DNA of 63,092 bases, filler included, from Lenisia limosa (Eukaryota > Protista > Breviatea), in NCBI GenBank assembly GCA_001655205.1. It is 9 parts of 9 records of this genome, joined end to end, with 100 filler letters (N's around TTAATTAATTAA, not from the genome) between each part and the next. Parts side by side here need not be neighbours in the genome. Positions count along the whole stretch, not along the records: positions 1 to 19,635 come from LPNZ01007552.1; 8 more parts are not named here. One strand, 5' to 3'. Position 1 is the first letter of the stretch. The number at the start of each line of letters is the position of its first letter. The position numbers were made by a program, and so were the translations under genes. Below are positions 1 through 12,209 of this stretch, piece by piece. Under the pieces are notes generated by a model that was not told where the DNA came from, did not search any database, and saw only the letters and a program-made list of their open reading frames with translations.

Positions 1-375
1 GTAAATAATTGTTCAAAGGGGTTCTGGGTTATATCATATGCCGCATTATTTCGGTGATAAACCTGTCGCAATGACACAAGTTTGTATTCATACACTAGGT
101 GATAGCAAGGCTTATTCGCGAGGTCGAGAATTTGAAGCGAAAATGACCTCGCCTTGATTTCTTATTTATGGTATTTCGGTTCTTGATATTTAACTTTTTG
201 ATACATTTTATTTAGAAGCTTAAAAGACAATAAATACAGACAAGCGAATACTCTTTCGTTTTGGGTGAAATAACTGCCAGATTATTTGTCATCATACGTA
301 CATGTACATAGCGAAATAGTAATATACACATGTACTATCTCCATATGAGACGGGAATTGTATTATAAAAGTACAC

Positions 376-3199
376 TTAGTTGTCCGCTACCTCGGACATA
401 CTGATATGCTCCCAGTCGCTTTCATCAGATGACCCTGGGGACTGGGACTGGAAATGTGAGGAGGACAAATCGTTTTCTCAAGAACAGTAATTTACACTCC
501 ACGTTTACTCGGCATTCAACCCTGATGTAAGGAGGCCAAGTTAATAGTAATATCATGACACTATGTAAATGAGAATAAGTCTCGGCCGATTTGCTCTATG
601 ATTTTAAAAGAAAAATTTGTCAAGACTTATCCCGGTCACTGAATAACTTTTGAACGAGTTCCCACGATACCCACTTTTTCTTCATCTGGCGTTTGTTTTG
701 AAGGTGGTTTGTCACATGATTTGGGCACGTTTGTAATCTGCGGTGATAAAGACTTTTTGAAAATATCACAAAGGAATACAAATCGTGAAAAACCTCAAAT
801 TACTCAGGGAAAATAAACACAGTCCACCCAACTGGCATGTCAGTGGGGCCTTCAACAGGTGCATTCCCAGAGCTCTCCTTGGGCGTCTCCATGACACGAG
901 TAGTATCACAATCTTTCGATTCTAAACAGTAAATGAGTAACTGGGGATTATCAGGGAAAATAAGAGATAGTATACCATGCAAATGTATACTCATCTTCAA
1001 AACACGATTAATAGAAGTCTCACCTTGATTACTATCAATAATCGTCCAATCTGATCTATAAAATCAGAAAAAGTTGTCAAAATGTACCATTTCCCTTCAA
1101 CAAAAGCACTCTAATAGGAAGTAGCCACCTGTAGAGAGGACACATACTTGCAAATGTGGTCGATCAGTGCAGCCATTGTGCCATCAGTAAGCACCGCTTG
1201 CAGCATGTGAAGAGCCCGGTCAGCTAGATCTACAAAGACCACCAAGTTAACCATATAGAGAATGAAACTAGAGAATATACAAATTTTGAAATTGAATGGA
1301 TAGCAGCAAGAATAATCCAGTCAATCGGAAATACAATTACAATCACAGTTCAGCCCGTTTACCAGTTCGTTGATATATCAATCCAATTGAAATGATTCCA
1401 GCAATGCTGAAATGTTAATACAAAAACTTCAAAATTTCTTGATAAATCAAATACTTTAATGAACAATTGAACCCACAACGCAGAAATGGTTTTGAGAACT
1501 GGGGCATTTTCTTTGACGACCATGAAGAGATACATGATACTCACTCCGAGACACACAGCAGGCATCCACACTGCCACACTGGTTTGCAACTACGTAGTCA
1601 ACCAAACAAGGGGCTATTTTAGCTGTGTACACAGAGTTCTAAGGCAAATGATTGGAGAATTAAAATCCAATATCTCTTATAAGCGTGATGGTCGGCCAGA
1701 TACAACTTGATTTTTTATTTCTCATTGCTATATATCTGGGATTTCTCTCCTTTGACAACTAGGGAACTTACAATATGTTTGAAACTCAGAGAAAAGGACT
1801 TAGCAATGCTTTCCGGGGAGTCTTTTGGGAACATGTTTGTTGACTTTGTGACATGCGTTAAACAGGCCAGTTTATGGGCAGCCTGGAGTGTTATGGGTAT
1901 TTACGTATCCGGAGATGTTAGGCATTGAGTAGCATGTTCTTAATAACTTGATAGTGAGGCTTCGGCCAGATGTTGAAATCCATGTAAGAATTTTAATATT
2001 GTCATGTCAAACTGTCCTGCCAATCACGATAACCAATGAATGTCTCATCTTGATAAATATCAACTAAAACAGACAAACCGTGAGCTGGGGGTGAACCGAG
2101 GCAGCACAAATCAAATATTGAGCCGAAGTGTTCAAGTGCGACTGAGAAGTCATAGCAAAGCTAAAGTATTCAGATGGGATCTACCAGACTCATTGTGTAT
2201 TGATTGCAATACGAATTAGAAATGTTAAAAATTGTTTTTTAAAAAACAAGCGGTTTGTAAAAAGAGTCAAAGGATTATCCAAGCCCTCTACGTTTGATGA
2301 ATGACAATGCTGCTGAACAACTTTCAAAAGGGGAGGTAGCCTGGACTGTATACACTTGGAAAGTTGCTTATAGTGCTCGCTCATCTCATCTTTTTGCCCT
2401 AAACAATCAATTACTAGACACATCCTATCGGTGAACAGATCGAATCGTTACAGCTATAACGGGTATTGTACATAAGAGCCTGTGAAGTTAACTCGTTTAT
2501 ATTTGCTGGAAAATTAACATTGTGTACCAAAGGAATAGAAATACCCTTCCAAGCTTACTCAAAGCAAGAATAAATGTAAGAGCAAGCATTGCCAAAGAAG
2601 AGCTTTTTTCTACATCGTGAGAATAACTGTAGTTATTCCGATACGATTGAATAGATATTAGGAAAACCACAACGAGCAGATTGAAAGTTGACAAGGACCC
2701 ACCAGGGTTCTCCATCTGGTTTGAGAGGTCAACAATGGGGGCGAGCCGATTGAATAGCGTCTCCAAGAGGCTTTTGGGAGGGGTCTCTTCCTGTTGTATT
2801 ATTAGATATATTTCTGTGCTCCCAGTAGCAAAATTGTCGTTTATAAGAGATCCGTAGGTTAGGGATAATTATATTTGCTACTATGCCTTTTTACTCAAGA
2901 TATTTTACAAGCATTGCCCCACACCCGGTAGTCTTTAACATTTAAATATTATAATATCACTCCCTAAATTAATACCTTAAATAACTGGCTTTTGAATCAC
3001 ATTACGAACCTTTTTACAGTGGAATAATGTAATCAATCAAAAGAAGGCCACTCACTAATCACCGCCACTCCTTGCAAACCTCAAAATATAACTTTCGATT
3101 CAAGCTGACCAGTGCCTTAAATGGTTGATTGCAGTTGATCCTTTCCAGGATCTGGAGCCATGGGTCATCGGTCAGGGTGCGTTGGCTATGAGTGGTCAT
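376..3199 (-). CDS. Multi-exon hypothetical protein, probably alpha-helical/HEAT-like
   Basis: GT-AG bounded exons translated by hand: MTTHSQRTLTDDPWLQILERINC, EETPPKSLLETLFNRLAPIVDLSNQMENP, VDLADRALHMLQAVLTDGTMAALIDHICKYVSSLQ, last exon ...PGSSDESDWEHISMSEVADN* (stop at 376-378). Family not recognised; boundaries approximate. Confidence 0.6.
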
Positions 3200-3414
3200 T
3201 TCTCTTTGTGGCAACTTGGCCGCAGGCGGCCTTTCGAACTGTTCCCCGCCTGTTTACGGTATAAATTTGGAATTTAGCTCAAAACAAACATAGATAAGCT
3301 TTGTGCCTCTCCAAAATTACCATAAAAATTAATTTTGTCAAACTCCGGTAGCCAGCCGGAATCTCATTTTGTTTTTAGTTTTAACCCACCCTGTACCCGC
3401 TAGGGGCTCCGAGA

Positions 3415-6400
3415 ATGCGGACCCGTGTGTCTAAGATTTTGTGGGGTCCAGAGTGGTTTCTACCTCTTTACCTCTGCCTCTGCCCACCATGTGCCCACTG
3501 CCACAGCCTCTTTTGTTTCCTCTTCAAAACTAAAAACCAAACGCAAAAAGCCGAAAGATGATGCTCCCAGAAGAAGTCTTAAAGGAAAAGCAGGAAAAAA
3601 TCCGGTCCAACACAAAGAAGCTGGTTAGAATTCTGCATTTGCTTACCTTATCCAGCTTGATCACATTTGTAAATTCGCAACTACGGCTACAATTGTCCCG
3701 TTGAAGCACTTCTACCACTCGGGAAATGGGCTCTTCTCATCAGGTTGAAATGGAAACACTGTTTTCTCAAAATACCTTTTGTTACAAACTTTCAAGCCGA
3801 ACAAAATCTTGATTGATTACTATTTAGGACTTTACCACAATGCTCTTATGGGAATGTCGATGGCTGAAAGCGGTGACGCCTCACTGAAAGAAGGTATTAA
3901 TATTTCAAATATTTGATGAAAGATTATATCATATTTGATACATTTGTATAGTATATTATCTGTCGGTCTTTTTCCTTGGGATATCACATACGAAATCGTT
4001 TAAGCCTTCCCATGGTCACTGTAGTCAGTTCATAAAGACCAATATCCGTGTCAGGACTTATCGCGGACAGTGCATAAATGAAATTGGAAAATCAAAAAAA
4101 GAAGAACTTGAAAATAGCCATCCACGCACTCACTCCATGATAAGAGATACTGTTATCGGAGACATTGATTCCAGTAAAAGATTTTGTGGAAATGAAATAT
4201 GAGTGTGATAATTTGCTGCTGTTATTATTTATTTCCATAGATTTCAAATCTATATTATTTTTCTTGCCTCCCCCCCCAACCTTTCATAAAGAAGGGCACA
4301 AACAACTCGTCTCTCTTCGACCGTTCCGCTCTATGCGGTTAGTAAGGTGAATAAATAACAAAAAAACAGAGTTTTGTTTAACGGGGAGGCAAATTACAAA
4401 AAAAAAAGAGTTTCTTATAGTATTATGTGCGGGGGAGGGAAAAAAGGGAAACTGAAAACTTCATTTTGAAGGTAACGGAAGCAGTAAAATTTTAAGTTGA
4501 GTTTTTTTTTTGTTGATTTCATAAATGATCCCCCCCACCCCCCTCACATTTTTATTATGTTCATGCGCATGTTATTTTTTGACAGAATTTTTAACCTGTT
4601 AAGATGCTGAGACAATGGTAGAGACCTTTGAATATCTTGGCAAGAAGGTGGGGTTGTTTGACATCTAAGGGGTTCTTCGGTTCGAAAAAAGATGAGATAT
4701 TTATAATAATAATTTAACAAGATATTTGTATATTGAGCAACTTCAATCAACATCTCTTATTTGCGGACGGCTTCAGTCAGATACAACCTTGTTTTTATCT
4801 GTTTTATTTATATATCATCTGTGGAGAATTTACATGCCGTTGGGAATTTCAAATTATGGATTTACATAATAGGAAGATGGTCTCTACTGCCAGCAAATGA
4901 AGTCAAAGTTTTTTGTTGAAAATGTAAGTTTTTATAAAAACAAAGCAAAGAGTCCCATTCGCCCATTTTGAAGACCTTCATGATGCCTAGGGCTTCACTT
5001 CGGTTCTAAAAAAGACTGAATTATTTCAGATAAATCCTTGAAAACTATCGATATTTCTCCGGTTTTTTTGGAACCGAATTGAAGCCCTAATGATACTTAG
5101 GTTCAAGTTGACGACACTGAAAAGAGTCTGCTTATCGGCAACTTTGCTGTTTGTTGCCTGCTATTTAGTCTCAAGAAAAGTGGGGGGGGGGGGTACCTNN
5201 NNNNNNNNNNNNNNNNNNNNNNNNNNNNNNNNNNNNNNNNNNNNNNACTGACATGATCATCGAAGAAATTGGCACTCTTTCCTTTCATAGTAAATATGGG
5301 CACCCTTCGCCCCAACTTCTTTGATATTCTGGTTTTGGAATAACATAATAAGCTCGTTGTTGAGTAAGTCTTAATAATCCACTCCATCATGTGAAAACAA
5401 ATGAACAGCTATATTGATTACTTCAGAAAATAGATATGACCACTTGAAGGCTATCATTTCTGCATTCCATGACCCTGCCACACAGACCTGGAGAAAAGAG
5501 GTATATATACATGTATATACTACCATTTTTTGGTTTTGTTTTGAATCTCTTGTATCCTTTTTTGTTCTTGTCTGTTGCACCACAACTGTTGCCTTTCCAC
5601 CAGTGATCACCCAGGCCAACTGTGTGACTAAAAGACGGCGTTGTGTTGATACTGCATTTGCTATCTTTGCGCTCAGTTGGATAAAAGACTCATTAGATGT
5701 AAGTTAACGTCAATGATAGTCTGACGTTCTCAGGAAGATGATTTAACACCAGAAGCTAATGAGATTGATAAACTCATGCTCCGTTCGACGCTGACCCTTA
5801 TCAATACCTTCAGTGCAGGCTCAGCCTCACCCAGAATGAACATTGGCCACAACGACACAACTCAATATTTATGGCAGGTTTTTGGGATTATTGTGGTTTT
5901 CTTTACTGAAGGTATGTTTATGAATTTCTAAACGCAGATTGGAATTCACTAATTTATCACAGTTGAACCATTTGGGACTCAAACCCACTAACTATTCACC
6001 TTAGGAAATGTGGTGTGGAGTTGCTTTGATGTCTTCAGCTTTTTCCCAAGATGATCAGAACAGGTCTGAAATCAACTTGAAAAAAATAATTTCATAACTT
6101 CTTTAGCTTTTAACGTATTTCTCCCTAATATACTACATATCATTACAATAGGTATATATATGTATGCTAGCTCTTGATAAATTTGTGATACGGTACTTAT
6201 TCGACAAAAAAGTCTTCAATAACAGTGACTTCAGACGTCGCGAGTGGCGGAAGTTGGCGAGTGTCATTGTCGGCAGATGCCCCAAGAAGTATGGCATTAA
6301 AGACGGAATGGTCCTGCCCCAAGTTGGCCCCATGTAAGTCCCTATTTAAGATTTATTGGGATGAGGCGAGTAAAAAGATTTCAAGGAAAGTTCAACGAAA

Positions 6401-6880
6401 CAACTGTTTCCAACTTTCAGAAATTGATGTTATTATTGATTTCCCATTGGTTACTAAGAAACACATATTATTTTATTTTTAAATACAATGGAAAAGCAAA
6501 GATTTGTATGGGGTATTTGTTGGGACCAAATTTTTAAAATGAGTACACTCCCTTATTTGAAGTATGTTTACTTTCAAGGGCAAAAGACTACCCTCCCTTC
6601 AAGGGGGACAACAGCCTGATCTATCTACTAGGTTTGTCAGATTTGTTTTCATGTGGTTTTTTTTTTGACGTTCACTATTCAGACTCCCTTGTCACTGGAA
6701 GAAGGTCTGATTTTGATCTCTCTTATTTTCCAGTAGGTTGCTGTGGCTTTGGCCTGTCTTATTACTGTATAGACCCCCCAGAATGACAGAATCTGGGATG
6801 TGTCAGAAATGGTGCTGGCATTTTCTATTCTTGGACGAAAAACAACCATCTTCTAATCACCCTGCTGTTGGCACCCGCAC
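3415..6880 (+). CDS. Multi-exon hypothetical protein
   Basis: Exons include ENRYDHLKAIISAFHDPATQTWRKE, VITQANCVTKRRRCVDTAFAIFALSWIKDSLD, EDDLTPEANEIDKLMLRSTLTLINTFSAG...QYLWQ and DFRRREWRKLASVIVGRCPKKYGIKDGMVLPQVG, flanked by GT/AG. Start and end uncertain; no family recognised. Confidence 0.5.
4988..5089. mobile_element. MITE family A copy (about 100 bp, TA-flanked, TIR GGGCTTCACTTCGGTTC)
   Basis: ta-gggcttcacttcggttc...gaaccgaattgaagccc-ta; internal core tcgataaatcctcgaaaactatcgatat shared with other copies. Confidence 0.85.
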
Positions 6881-6996
6881 CCCTTCAAACACAAGACGAT
6901 ACGTGGACACATTTAATACATAAAGAACAATAAATAACGTTATTTAATACCATTTACCTCCATTGGAACTACAGCATTATTGGGATAACATGGAAC

Positions 6997-9900
6997 TTAC
7001 TCAACGGACGAGGTGGGGCTGCGACTTCGTATCACTCCAGGTGATGCTGATGACCTTAACCGTCAAAGGATAGTCATTTCACATTCGGATTTTTTTAGTA
7101 ATAATATCAAATCGGGCGTATTATTGTGTGAATTGTAATCACAGTGGCTAGAAGTAACAGTTTGTTATAAACCTCAATCAAAAAATTCGCACTACAACAA
7201 GCGCTACATCTTCTTATCATATGGTGTGTTCTGTTTTTTTGTCAAGGAAAACAATGAGAACGCAAACCTCGATGAGAGAAGAGGGCTCCTTGATCTTGTT
7301 CTACTCCTGGATACAGATCTACTCCTTGATCTTGATCTTGAGACAGATTTGCTTCTCGATCTAGAGGGACTCCTTGACCTTGACATGGATCTGGATCTAC
7401 TTCTTGATCGTGATCGTCCTCGTGAAGGGAGAGGTGAGAGGGATGGCGATGGTGACTGAGGGGACTGGGATCTTGGGGCGCGTGAGGGTGACCTGTTTTG
7501 TGACCCAGGACAAACCACAAACAAAGGATTACTGCAGGCAGTCACAAAAAATCAGTCATGCAAGAGTTTCATAATGCAATTTAACATAAACCCACGGGGA
7601 GAGGGAACTTTCCGACTTCATTGAGGCCTGTGACGACCTTCTTGAAGGCGGGCTGGAGCGATTCGGAGCTTCTTGAAGATAAGTCATAATGGAGGGGAGG
7701 GGGAGTCTTCTACAAGGTCTAAAACTGTAGAAAAATGAGATAGAGCCCTTCAATACATGGCAGTTTTATTACTGTAAGGCCCTCTTACGATGGCTTGACG
7801 AACGCGGCTTTCGTTTGGACATAGATTCGACTCTTGAAACGCCTTTAGCTAAAAGAATGACGAAACATATTCATAAGAACTGATAAGAAACAACTAATGC
7901 ACCATTGTTAGTTGTGTAATTAGCAAGAAACCAGGTCTTATTGGAAACAACGAGACTTCCCAGGGCCACATACCTGGTGGAATAACAGTCATGTCAATTT
8001 CTTCTTCCTGTGGTGAACTGTCGTTTGTTTCGTCATGGTCTTGTCCGTCACTATCGGATGCACTGAACGATTACGACATCCAACAGGGTTTATGAGCACT
8101 ATCAAAAACGTCAATTGCATTCAAAAAAGGATATTCAATTTTGATCTGCAGCCCATAGCTTGAAACCAAGAACCAACTCGGAAGGGGGGAGCTTAGCTCT
8201 GCGCTTTCTCCTCTTTGCAGATGGTGCGGCCTTGATTTTTGCTTCAAGGGCCTTGACAAGCCCCCTAAACAGTCAGACAAGCTCACCTAAAACAAGGTAA
8301 TGGTCTCTTTGCAATAGGTAAAAAAGGAGGTAAAGTGTGATAGCACTACTGAATAAAGAATCAAAGGGGTGGGGAGGGGGGTAAAAGCATACTGAAGTTT
8401 GGCAGTTTCGTGGTGTCTACGGCCGCACCGTGTCTGTAAATATGAATGACAACGTAGATATTGGAAGGTAAATGATTGGGTGGATTAATTTTATACTATA
8501 ATTCAATCTCTTATAAGCGTGATGGCTTCGGCCAGATTCAACCTTGTTTTATTTCTCATCTCTATCTGGTGTATCATATGGACTAAGCCAAAGGCTTCTC
8601 GTGTTCTACATCTTTTCATTTTCCATGACTCCCAAACCCACTTTGTAGATGGTCAACAGATTTGAGAACACCAAAAGGGCCGGCTACATGGTATGAGCTA
8701 CTGTACCAACAGGCTCTATTCTATTCCAACTATGAATCAAAAAAACGCACCCGGATTTCAGATTCATATGCTCTAAGACGACCAACATTGTCAAACAAAA
8801 GGGGAAAATTCACAGGACTACCTCATGCTGATCAATTGACGCGTGTACTGTGCCCTGAAGCTTCAAACAGGGTACTGCCTCCATTGTAGGGCCCAATGCA
8901 TCCCTAAATGGGTCAATTATAGGTCTAACTGCCAAAGCAAATCAACATTTGTGAAAAAATTCTAAATACCCTTTGAAGATTTTTAGAAGAAGAAAAACAA
9001 GGTTGTACCTGGCCGAAGCCGTCTACACCATCACGCTTATCAGTGATATTAGATTATACCCATCATTTGTTTGGTTTTTGGAAAACTGTAGTAGCTATAC
9101 TCACCTATACTTTCTGGCAAAGATTTTGTTCGCCTTCTTGAGGTGGAGGATCGCCTGGTATGGCCGCTTGAGTTCCAAATAGACTTTAGCCAAGTCATGA
9201 TGACAATGGGCCAAGTGAAGGGTTCCGGGTTCTAAGGGGTAATGAAGGTTAGGAGCCCCTCGTCTGTACATATGGAAGAAAATGATGTGAAATGATGTAT
9301 TTTTTTTGTTATCTGTATCAATAAGCGTAAAAATCAAGTGATGTCTTCTCCTCTCACTTGATTTTGAGAAGAACTTGACAGCTCTGAGAAGTAAGGGCCG
9401 TGCCTCCTCAGCGTCACCATTCTCTAAATAAAGCAGGCCCTTGGGAGTGAGGAGAAAGCAGGCCCTTGTGAGTGAGGAGAAAGCAGGCCCTTGTGAGTGA
9501 GGAGAAAGCAGGCCCTTGTGAGTGAGGAGAAAGCAGGCAGGAGAAAGCAAGCCTTGTGAGTGAGGAGAATGTGGTGATAGAATGTGTTTCCTTGTGAGAT
9601 ACTATCGATATATCATTTCACTTAATATAAAAAAGCACTGGGAATATGAATAGTTTTGCGTCAAAGGGCATTTAGATTCAAGATTCTCGGTTTCCTACCC
9701 CTGTTCCAACCCCTCAACTTTAATGATTTGGGTTGTTTTTGTGTGCTTCACAAATTTTCCAATTTTACCCCCCCCCCCNNNNNNNNNNNNNNNNNNNNNN
9801 NNNNNNNNNNNNNNNNNNNNNNNNNNNNNNNNNNNNNNNNNNNNNNNNNNNNNNNNNNNNNNNNNNNNNNNNNNNNNNNNNNNNNNNNNNNNNNNNNNNN

Positions 9901-11914
9901 NNNNNNNNNNNNNNNNTATATTACATAATCATAATTTTTGTATGATAAGACACTCACTGTACAGGTCATTTTTGAACATGGTGGTGGGGGGTTGTAATTA
10001 TGAGAGGAAGTTGTTCTGCTGAGAAACTGAACGTGGCTTTTGGTCATCTCACCTTAGTGAAGGAGTCGATAGCTCGGTCCTCCTTATCCAGACTGAGAAA
10101 GGCCTTTGCCTTCATTGTCAAGATATTGGCTACTTCCGCACTGTCATGTCCGTACACCTCGTCATACAGAGACAGCAGCTGCAAAATTAGAGTATTGTTG
10201 GAGCTGGGGTGATTCTTCCTTAAGTGTTGCAGTAAATAGACTACTCCATGATCAATGATGAAATATGAGTTAATTTTGGCTTCTAATCCTCAAATTGAAA
10301 CGATCTGCAGCATTGATCGCATACCTCCGAAAGCGTGTCAAGGGCAGTCCGGTGCGACCCAACACTGCTCTGACTCTTCGCAATGGCATGGAGGAAGGCC
10401 GCGTGTGAGGGGTGTGTGTTAGGTCTCAGCTTCAGGTTGGCCTTCATGGCAGGGTGTAGGATTTCCAGAGCTAAGCGAGGCCTATTTTAGGTCAGCGTCA
10501 AAAAGCAAACTGAGGTAGGAAGAGTAAAGAAAACAAAACGCTAAATGCTGAGGAGGAAAACAGCCACCCCATTCCTCAAACAACAATATAGTAGCCCATA
10601 CTTGTTCAGGTTTTGAAGACACACTCCTTCAGTGAGAGAAATGTGCGCCTAAATAATAAAACTATAGGTATGACCATCTCCGTCAACGCCACGAAACAGA
10701 ATAGTGAAGCCTTTAATATGGTCCAATGATGGTGACCCACTTGAAGCTTGCCTGCTTGTTGTGACACAGGTGGTGAATTGAGGAAAGTTGCTTTGTGTGC
10801 ATGTATCTGAGCGTGGCCGTATTGGCCAACCTAACAAATGACAAAGGAAATCAGACAAACATTCATATATGCTTGCGACAGCTGGTAGTGTGCCTTTACA
10901 AGTCCATCATAGTGAGTTCGTCGTCGAGATCTGCTTCCTGATACGTCAACACAACAAGAATGGTTCCTAACGGTTACAGTTGAAGTGGAATCTCATTATA
11001 TTATCCAATCCTTGACATACTGGATTCTGCCAAAACAGCCGGGCGGGACGGGGTTATTCCAGCCTGCTTATCCGAATTAACCGTCAAGAGAGCAAGGACC
11101 TTCAGAGTGTCGTCAATTGAGCCAAGCCAGTCTCCTGGTTCGTCAGAATAAGCCATGATCAGGATTGGATACACTACGATTTCAAGCACTGTGTTACATT
11201 TCATTTTACTATTAACATAATCCTTAGACCTGCGGTTTCCATAGGAAACTATAGAATACTCGTCTTTGATTATCAGCCACTTCACCTTTGGCTCTCTTTG
11301 TTGCGGCTGACTTGCGGGCCTTCAGAAGCGATTGCTCCACTCCCCCCTGAAAAGTTATACGAAGCTGGAGGCACAAAGGCCTATCACAGCCACCGACATC
11401 ATCTTTGTCTATCGCGTTAGAAACACCGATGTCGTCATCGTCATCTGACAGGACCTCGAGCAGTTCAGCTAGGGCTACAAGGTAAGAAATAAATCCTGAT
11501 TGGGAAAGTAGTGGCACACAATTGAATGGGTTAAGTTACGGTAGGAATGACGTAAGTGGGAAATTTTGAAAAAAAAAACCCAAGTTTATATTGCTCAAAA
11601 GAACCAAAACGACCTTCTGCCTTAATGCTGACAAAGTGTTGAAAAATATAACTGAATGGGAACGAACAAAACGAAAGCGAACAAAGGGAGATACTACATT
11701 GTTTCTCGGAAATTGGGTCACTTATATCATTCAAATATTCATAATTATGGAACTTGGATAGGGCAAGAATACGAGGCATCGTCATGCTAGGAATCAGAAA
11801 GTCAGGAAAGAGAAGCTCACGAATTTCAACTTCACCACGCTTGAGCCGGCTTTTATCATCATTTTGGTATAGATCCTCTTTAGTAAGGGGACGTAGAGGC
11901 CCTCGACCTGCCAT
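6997..11914 (-). CDS. TPR-repeat protein (kinesin-light-chain-like TPRs) with acidic and RS-rich C-terminal tail
   Basis: Starts MAGRGPLRPLTKEDLY. TPR-like exons: LYDEVYGHDSAEVANILTMKAKAFLSLDKEDRAIDSFTK; GLLYLENGDAEEARPLLLRAVKFF; HLAHCHHDLAKVYLELKRPYQAILHLKKAN. Then KRRKRRAKLPPSDASDSDGQDHDE (joined via a GTTGGT donor), the RSRSRSRS exon (7204-7545) and ...VIRSRSPTSSVE*. Joining the RS part to the TPR part is inferred from splice phases. Confidence 0.65.
9430..9567 (-). repeat. 25-bp tandem array (4 full plus partial copies) spanning a 3' splice site
   Basis: Unit aaagcaggcccttgtgagtgaggag at 9430, 9455, 9480 and 9505, then degenerate copies. Confidence 0.95.
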
Positions 11915-12209
11915 TTACAACTTTCAAGTACACATTAAACACAAAACAAAACAAAATTACGCTGCAGAAATAAGTAACTTTATTATATATCTTGATTCTC
12001 TTGCTCTTTGTTAAATGCAAGGATTGTTGAACAGTTAAAATGTACATGCGGGATCTATATGCTATATAAATCGCCTTTTGTTGCATCTTTTGGCCTTTAG
12101 ATCTAGTGTTAACATCAATAAATTGAGCAGATAAAGTAATAAATCCCAAGATATTAAGCGAAAAGGCTTGACTGGTGAAGCTACTGTATTTTTTTTATGA
12201 ATAAGTATT

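Noticed and set aside
7226-7520. Leu/Asp-rich (LDLDL) and Gln/Asp-rich ORFs
   Set aside because: Alternative frames or antisense of the RS-repeat exon.
8060-8082. In-frame TAA (KPCWMS*SFSASDSD) suggesting stop-codon reassignment or a 12-nt intron
   Set aside because: A normal intron from the GA|GTTGGT donor to the CGTTCAG acceptor gives PPSDASDSD. NIT1, PDCD2L and the radical SAM gene read cleanly in the standard code.
9430-9567. 25-bp repeats as a CRISPR array
   Set aside because: No spacers, eukaryotic intron context and no cas genes.
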